Below are positions 57,783-63,249 of a DNA stretch of 63,249 bases, one piece after another. Source of the DNA: Deltaproteobacteria bacterium (lineage in GTDB: Bacteria; Myxococcota_A; UBA9160; SMWR01); NCBI GenBank assembly GCA_032128375.1, contig JAQBGU010000050.1, forward strand, positions 1-63,249. Direction: 5' to 3'. The translations under genes were made by a program, and so were the position numbers. Below the pieces are notes generated by a model. It worked only from the letters and a program-made list of their open reading frames with translations. It was not told the DNA's origin and did no database searches. Position 1 is the stretch's first letter. The number at the start of each line of letters is the position of its first letter.

Positions 57783-59492
57783 TTATCGCTGCCTCACATG
57801 TGTCGAAAGCACTTCGAGATCGGTCCGAATCTGGTCATCCATGCGCCCGCCGATTTCTAGCGCCTGGCGCAGCGTGTTTGCGGCCTCGCGATATTCGTCG
57901 CGAACCACGTGGGCCCGGGCAACCATTCGCAGCTCTCCTTGACTCGGCTTCTCGCGTGTAGCAATCGACTCGATCCAGCCGAGCGCGATCTCAGAAATCA
58001 ACTCCTTGAATGCAGGCTCGTCCTTGATAGGCCCGAGACCCGGGTCGGCAAGCAGCTGCTCGAATTGGTTGAAACCGCGAGAATGCACGATTCGCAGCGC
58101 CGCGACGGCCGCATCCACGTCGTTGTGCTGTGCGGCCCGCTTGGCCCGCAGCAGATTCGCCGAGACACCATCGGGGTAGTGACGCGCTGCATCGGCGACG
58201 AGCATCGTCGAAGAGCGCCAGACGCTTGCCCGCGCGTGGCTGCGAACCCCAAACGGAACCAACACGACGACGCCACAGATCAACAGCACGAACGGGGCCC
58301 ACTTGCGCAGCGCCGAGTCGCCCCGCGCAGCCTTCGCATCGAACAGAAGCTCGAAGCAATCGCGCCCCGCCAGCAGCACCCCACCGAGCAAGCCCGGCAA
58401 AATGAAATAGAGGTATCGATCTGCCAGCGGGTACAAGAACGGAAAGATCTGGGAAACCGGGGCGAACGAGACCAGTGCCCAGATCCAGTAGGCAAACTCG
58501 ACGCTGCGGTTGCGCGCGGCGATCCAGGTTCGCCAACCGAGCAGCCCGAGCGCCACGACCGACGCAATCCACCAGGGGTCGTCGAGTGAATAGATGGGTT
58601 CGGGTTCGTGAAATGCGGATACGCCGAACGAAGTAGCTGCCATGATCAGATACCGCATCGCGAGCGCCATCATCGTCCGCACCAGTACCCACGGCGTATC
58701 GTGCAGTACGGCCGCGGCCGCCCCCGATCGCTGGTGTGCGCTGAATTCCCAGACCGAGAACACCACGAACAGCGTTCCCCACAGCACCAGCCATTTCCAC
58801 GGCATCGACTCGCGCTTCGCCCAAATAAACAGTGCCGCCACTGGCATCGCGAACACCGCGACCGGTTTCGCCAGCAACGCGAGAACGAACAGTGCAGTGG
58901 CGAGTGCCGGGCGCTTCGGAAACGCGAGCAGCGCGGCCAACACGAGGGCCATCGACGCGGTGCTCTTCAGTTGCGAGATCCACGCTACGGCTTCGACATT
59001 GGCCGGGTGCAACAGGAAGAAGGCGCCCGCGAACAATGCGCCCCACGGCGGCACTCCCGTGTGGCGAAGCAGCGGCACGAGCAACAGCGATGCCAGCGCG
59101 TGAAGAACGATGTTGACCACGTGGTGGCCCTTTACCTCCGCTCCGAACGCGTTCCAGGCCACGGCGTGGATCAACAATTGAACCGGCGCAAAATTCACGA
59201 TCGAAACCGTTGCGGGCCCGAACGGGTCGAGGATGATCAGCAGGTTCTCGACACTCAGTTCGTGGATGTAGCTGTTGTTCTTGACGTAGTGGTTGTCATC
59301 CGACACGAACGGTCCTTCGAGGGCCGGGTCGTAGACGAGCAGAGACACTCCCAGAAACAACGATCCGATCAGCGCGTAGATCCCGGTCGTCCACTCGAGC
59401 CGCGGTTTTCGCGTCGTTCCCGCGTTCGCCGCATCAGAGGCCGGGCGCGCGCGCGCGGACCGATCGCGTCCTCTACGAATCTTCTCGGCGAT
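57783..59492 (-). CDS. TMTC-like GT-C membrane glycosyltransferase
   Basis: FVSDDNHYV..N, HPANVEAVAWISQLK and ADRYLY, with a short TPR-like tail. Probable ATC start at 59492 (first canonical start is TTG 59360). Confidence 0.78.
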   Translation of the reverse strand: MAEKIRRGRDRSARARPASDAANAGTTRKPRLEWTTGIYALIGSLFLGVSLLVYDPALEGPFVSDDNHYVKNNSYIHELSVENLLIILDPFGPATVSIVNFAPVQLLIHAVAWNAFGAEVKGHHVVNIVLHALASLLLVPLLRHTGVPPWGALFAGAFFLLHPANVEAVAWISQLKSTASMALVLAALLAFPKRPALATALFVLALLAKPVAVFAMPVAALFIWAKRESMPWKWLVLWGTLFVVFSVWEFSAHQRSGAAAAVLHDTPWVLVRTMMALAMRYLIMAATSFGVSAFHEPEPIYSLDDPWWIASVVALGLLGWRTWIAARNRSVEFAYWIWALVSFAPVSQIFPFLYPLADRYLYFILPGLLGGVLLAGRDCFELLFDAKAARGDSALRKWAPFVLLICGVVVLVPFGVRSHARASVWRSSTMLVADAARHYPDGVSANLLRAKRAAQHNDVDAAVAALRIVHSRGFNQFEQLLADPGLGPIKDEPAFKELISEIALGWIESIATREKPSQGELRMVARAHVVRDEYREAANTLRQALEIGGRMDDQIRTDLEVLSTHVRQR

Positions 59493-61215
59493 GACGCGCC
59501 TCCTGGTTGTCTACCACACACGCATCCGGCAATTCGCTGCGCAGCGATGCCATCTCCGCCACGACGACTTCGCGAAGCGGCCCCGCACGCGCGAGCGCCT
59601 GCTCGAGTGTTCTCATGGCTTCACACAACTCCTCTCGAATACGATAGGCCTGCGCGACGGCGATGAGTTCGGGCTGCGTCGATTCCGAACCGATTCCCGC
59701 TCGCGCGATCCAGCGACCGGCGAGTTCGAATATCAGCAAGCGGAAAGTCGGAGTCGAGCGCATCGAAGCAAATGCGGGATCCTGTTGGATGACTTGGAAA
59801 CGATCCAGGCCCCGGTCGGACGCGCGGCGGAGAGACGCAACCGCCTCGCCGTAGTTGCCCTGGCCGGCAGCGCGGCGCGCGCGCAAATAGTGGGCCGTCG
59901 CGCCGTCGGGATAGTGCAGAGCCGCATCCACCAACAATCGAGTCTCGTCTTGCCAAAGGGCAGCTCGCCCATGACTGTTCACCGCGAAGATCACTGCGAC
60001 CGTGCCGACGACAAGCATCAGTCCCCTTTTTAGTGCGACTTCGGCTGATTTCCCGCCGCCTGTCTGCCCTTCGCCCGCCTGCCATCGCCTAACCACGCGC
60101 TGCAACACCGCGTCCCCGAATAAAATGGCGCCTCCGATCAAGCCGGGCAGGATGAAGTATAGATACCGATCTGCCACCGGAATCAAGAACGGAAAGAGCT
60201 GCGAGACGGGCGCGAAAGCCGCGGCAGCCGCGATCCACCACACTGCCTCCTCACGGCGCGCCCAAAGCGTCCAGATCGTTCTCCACGACAGCGCGGCGCC
60301 GGCCACCAGTGCTGCGAGCCAATACCCGTTCCACCACGACTCGACGGGCTGGGGCTCGGCGAATGCCGATACGCCGATCGACGAAACAGCCATCGCGAGA
60401 TAGCGCGCACCAATCGCCGCAACCGTCCGAAGATGCGTCAGCGGATCCTCGAAGGCTTCGATCTCAACGGCGCCGATGTGTCGAAAGGACGCAAACTGTG
60501 GCATCGCGTACAGAACGAAAATCGCGCACCACACACCCAGCCAACGCCATCGCCGCGGGGTTGCGCTGCGGCCGCAAACCCAGACGAGCGCAGCCAGCGT
60601 TGGCAGCGCGAACGCAGCCGAGGCTTTCGTCAACAAACCCAGTCCGAAACACGCAGCCCCAAGCACGGGTCGACGATCGAAATTCAGCATCGCGAGCAGC
60701 GAAAACGCAAGCGCGCCGGTTGACTTGAGTTGTGAAATCCACGCGACCGCCTCAACGTTCGCCGGGTGGACCGCAAACACCAGCCCCCCGAGCAGCGCGG
60801 CGTTCCGACCCGCGCCGGAGCGCATCAGCAACAGCGCAAGCAGCAGCGAGTTCAGCGCGTGGAGCACGACATTGACGATGTGGTAGCCGAGCCAGTTCCG
60901 TCCGAATATTGCCCGCTCGATCGCGTGGAGTAACAGATGCACCGGGGCATAGTTTCCGGTGTACAACCGCGCATCACCTGCGGGGTCGAAGATCCGCGAC
61001 AGACTGGTCGCGTCCAGCGATTCCGTGTACGGGCTGGTCAAGTATCCAAAATCGTCCGAAAGCAGCGGGCCGCGCAATGCGGGCCCGTACACGAACAGCA
61101 GGAGTCCAATCAGGCCCGCACCAATACCCAACCAGAAACCCAGGCCTTTCCACCGGGTGGGCGGCTCGGTTTCTGGGGCTTCCGGCGTCTCGTCGATCGC
61201 AGCATCCGACTCCAT
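59473..61215 (-). CDS. TMTC-like GT-C membrane glycosyltransferase
   Basis: LLSDDFGYL, NYAPVHLLLH, HPANVEAVAWISQLK and ADRYLY. ATG at 61215. Confidence 0.78.
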   Translation of the reverse strand: MESDAAIDETPEAPETEPPTRWKGLGFWLGIGAGLIGLLLFVYGPALRGPLLSDDFGYLTSPYTESLDATSLSRIFDPAGDARLYTGNYAPVHLLLHAIERAIFGRNWLGYHIVNVVLHALNSLLLALLLMRSGAGRNAALLGGLVFAVHPANVEAVAWISQLKSTGALAFSLLAMLNFDRRPVLGAACFGLGLLTKASAAFALPTLAALVWVCGRSATPRRWRWLGVWCAIFVLYAMPQFASFRHIGAVEIEAFEDPLTHLRTVAAIGARYLAMAVSSIGVSAFAEPQPVESWWNGYWLAALVAGAALSWRTIWTLWARREEAVWWIAAAAAFAPVSQLFPFLIPVADRYLYFILPGLIGGAILFGDAVLQRVVRRWQAGEGQTGGGKSAEVALKRGLMLVVGTVAVIFAVNSHGRAALWQDETRLLVDAALHYPDGATAHYLRARRAAGQGNYGEAVASLRRASDRGLDRFQVIQQDPAFASMRSTPTFRLLIFELAGRWIARAGIGSESTQPELIAVAQAYRIREELCEAMRTLEQALARAGPLREVVVAEMASLRSELPDACVVDNQEARHRREDS

Positions 61216-61285
61216 CGAGCGGAGTCTACCGATCTCTTGTGGACGTGCTGACGGGCGCGCTCGGAACCCGATTACCGGGTAGCAT

Positions 61286-62446
61286 GTGATGCCCCGATGT
61301 CCCTCACAAGTTCGCAAGTTTGCCAGAATGCCGACCCAATCCCCCGAAATCCAGGCACTCCAGATGCAGACAGATCCGGCCGGTACAGCGTGGTTGGCGG
61401 GCCTGTGCGCGACACTGATGCTGTGCTCGACCCATTGCAGCGACAAACACGCAGATCCAATCAGCGCAGCATCCAGCGGGATCGTCTTCGTTCGTGAAGT
61501 CGACGGATCCAGCGAGTTGATGTGGGTGCGCCTGTCCGACGGCAGCGAACGGGCGCTGACCGCCACACCGAAGCGCAGCGAACGCTGGCCCTATTGGTCC
61601 AATGCCGCCAACCGGCTGGTATTTCAGGGCGAGGCGAACGGGGGCGGCAACAGCGACTTGCTGTTATGGGCGCCGGAAACTGGCGCAGCAGTCCCCTTGC
61701 GCGAATCGGACCGCAGCGACGAGCGCTGGCCGACATGGTCTCCAAACGGCAAACGCTTGGTTTACGCGTTCCGCGGCGGGGGCCGCGCGGCCGGGATCAG
61801 ATCGGATGAAATCGACGCCGGAGCAAGCGAGGTGCTCGCGTTTTCGGGAAGGGAGGACTTCTTCTTCCGTCCGAGTTTCTCGCCCGACGGCTCGAAACTG
61901 GTCGCTCAGCGTCGCGGACCGGACGGAGTCGGCTCGAACCTGTGGATTCTGGCTCCGCAGCTGGTCCCGCAGCGGCTGACCGACGACCCGAAATTTTTCG
62001 ACATGAAGCCCTGGTTCACACGCGGCGGCGATCGCGTGGTCTTCTCGCGACGTGCGGCAGATGCCAAGCGTCATGACATCGCGATGATTACGCTCGAAAC
62101 CCGTGCGATCCGCATCATCGGAAGCCTACCCGGTGCGGACAACCATTCCGGGCGCCCGGCGCCGACCCGCGACGAAATCGCGTTCAGCTCGGACCGAAAC
62201 GGCAGCTACGAAATTTTCCTGACCGATTTCGAGGGACAATCCGTTCGCGCTCTGACCACTTTTGGCAACCGCAATGCTTTCGCACCGCGCTGGTCACCCG
62301 ACGGCGAACGTCTGGTCATCACCGTCAACCCGGTTGGAATCGCGGCGACGACCATCTCGAACTCCCACATCGTCGTCATCGACCGAAGGGGTGGCGTCTT
62401 GCTGGACATCCCCGGCGCGATGGCCGATTGGATGCCGGCTTGGTAG
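61286..62446 (+). CDS. TolB-like PD40 beta-propeller protein (probably exported)
   Basis: Repeated P.WSP.G..LV motifs and FSSDRNGSYEIF; hydrophobic, Cys-containing N-terminal segment. Start uncertain. Confidence 0.78.
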   Translation: MMPRCPSQVRKFARMPTQSPEIQALQMQTDPAGTAWLAGLCATLMLCSTHCSDKHADPISAASSGIVFVREVDGSSELMWVRLSDGSERALTATPKRSERWPYWSNAANRLVFQGEANGGGNSDLLLWAPETGAAVPLRESDRSDERWPTWSPNGKRLVYAFRGGGRAAGIRSDEIDAGASEVLAFSGREDFFFRPSFSPDGSKLVAQRRGPDGVGSNLWILAPQLVPQRLTDDPKFFDMKPWFTRGGDRVVFSRRAADAKRHDIAMITLETRAIRIIGSLPGADNHSGRPAPTRDEIAFSSDRNGSYEIFLTDFEGQSVRALTTFGNRNAFAPRWSPDGERLVITVNPVGIAATTISNSHIVVIDRRGGVLLDIPGAMADWMPAW

Positions 62447-63249
62447 GCGGAACCGCGCCCGGCGAGGCACACGATCGCGCCCTCGGCCCCCGGAACACGG
62501 AGGATGGACCGATCGCGATCGCGATCGCGCTGGCAATCGCGGCGGGTTCGGTGCTGTTGTACTGGCCGGCCCGCGCGCACGAGTGGCTGATGTGGGACGA
62601 TTTCATCTACATCACACAGAACCCGCACATTGCGCAGGGTCTCAGCGTAGATAGCCTTCAGTGGGCTGTCTCGAATTTCCATCTGGCAAACTGGTTCCCC
62701 GGTACCTGGGCGTCGTGGATGCTCGACTTCGAGCTCAACGGATTCGATGCCGGCGCGTTCGTGACAACGAACCTGGTGTTGCATGCGATCAATTCGGTGC
62801 TGTTATTCGCAGCGCTGCGACACATGACCAACGCCACGTATCGCAGTGCGTTTGTCGCCGCGGTATTCGCTGTGCACCCGCTTCACGTCGAATCGGTTGC
62901 CTGGATTTCAGCCCGAAAAGACGTGCTGAGCGGCGTGTTCTGGATGCTGGCGCTGTGGCTTCACGCACGCGACCGTCCGCCGCTGCGCAGGAGAATCGGT
63001 GTCGCCGTCTGTTTCGCACTCGGTTTCAGCTGCAAGCCAACGTTGGTCACACTTCCCTTCGCTCTGCTGCTCCTCGATGAGTGGCCGCTGCTGCGATTCG
63101 GACGCGCGAACAGCTGGAGCGGTTGGGATCTCGCGCGCCTGCGCGCCGCCGTTGCGGACAAGTCGGCTCTGTTCGCACTGCTCGTGGTGTTTGCGGTGGT
63201 GACTTTTCTCGCCCAGCAGATTGGGGGGACCGTCCAGGACCTCGATTCG
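62440..63249 (+). CDS. TMTC-like GT-C membrane glycosyltransferase, truncated by the right edge
   Basis: Manual translation (absent from the ORF track): LLYWPA..MWDDFIYITQNPHI..ANWFPGTWASWM..HPLHVESVAWISARKDVLSG..KPTLVTLPF. TTG start overlaps the TolB-like stop. Confidence 0.8.
   Translation, partial: MVGGTAPGEAHDRALGPRNTEDGPIAIAIALAIAAGSVLLYWPARAHEWLMWDDFIYITQNPHIAQGLSVDSLQWAVSNFHLANWFPGTWASWMLDFELNGFDAGAFVTTNLVLHAINSVLLFAALRHMTNATYRSAFVAAVFAVHPLHVESVAWISARKDVLSGVFWMLALWLHARDRPPLRRRIGVAVCFALGFSCKPTLVTLPFALLLLDEWPLLRFGRANSWSGWDLARLRAAVADKSALFALLVVFAVVTFLAQQIGGTVQDLDS

Noticed and set aside
61313..61326. TGGCA-AAC-TTGC on the minus strand upstream of the TMTC-like pair
   Set aside because: GG-to-GC spacing is too short for sigma54.
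1..63249. Prophage, transposon, integron, defence system, rRNA or tRNA
   Set aside because: No integrase, transposase, phage, restriction or toxin genes and no recognisable structural RNA were seen by eye; a covariance-model scan would be needed to exclude small RNAs.

Overview
GC-rich bacterial chromosomal window with about 47 genes. Gene content (REC-DUF4388-DnaJ-TPR protein, paralogous PilT ATPases, PEP-CTERM proteins) suggests an uncultured Myxococcota/deltaproteobacterial lineage; this is inference. Housekeeping genes include pabB (truncated at the left edge and missing from the ORF track), bolA, hsp20, waaF, ggt, uvrA, ilvE, gatCAB, a DEAD-box helicase, larE and ddl. The most notable feature is a candidate cell-surface protein sorting and glycosylation system. 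It comprises two PEP-CTERM proteins, four TMTC-like GT-C membrane glycosyltransferases with the loop-1 DD motif, two PrsT-like TPR lipoproteins, two sulfatase-fold proteins with Thr at the formylglycine position, a fused MFS/spermidine-synthase-like protein, a TolB-like propeller and a GT8-like/ELM1 fusion. Most of these lie at 44.9-63.2 kb, with a satellite at 15.5-21 kb. Direct reading also shows: a consensus sigma54 promoter and strong terminator around one PEP-CTERM gene; four sigma28-like promoters; a probable leaderless autoregulated RHH/Zn-finger gene; a probable ATC start codon; two disrupted genes (PilZ, HTTM); and a 13-bp tandem repeat. No rRNA, tRNA, CRISPR array or mobile element was recognised. 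All family calls come from motif recognition by eye, without database searches.
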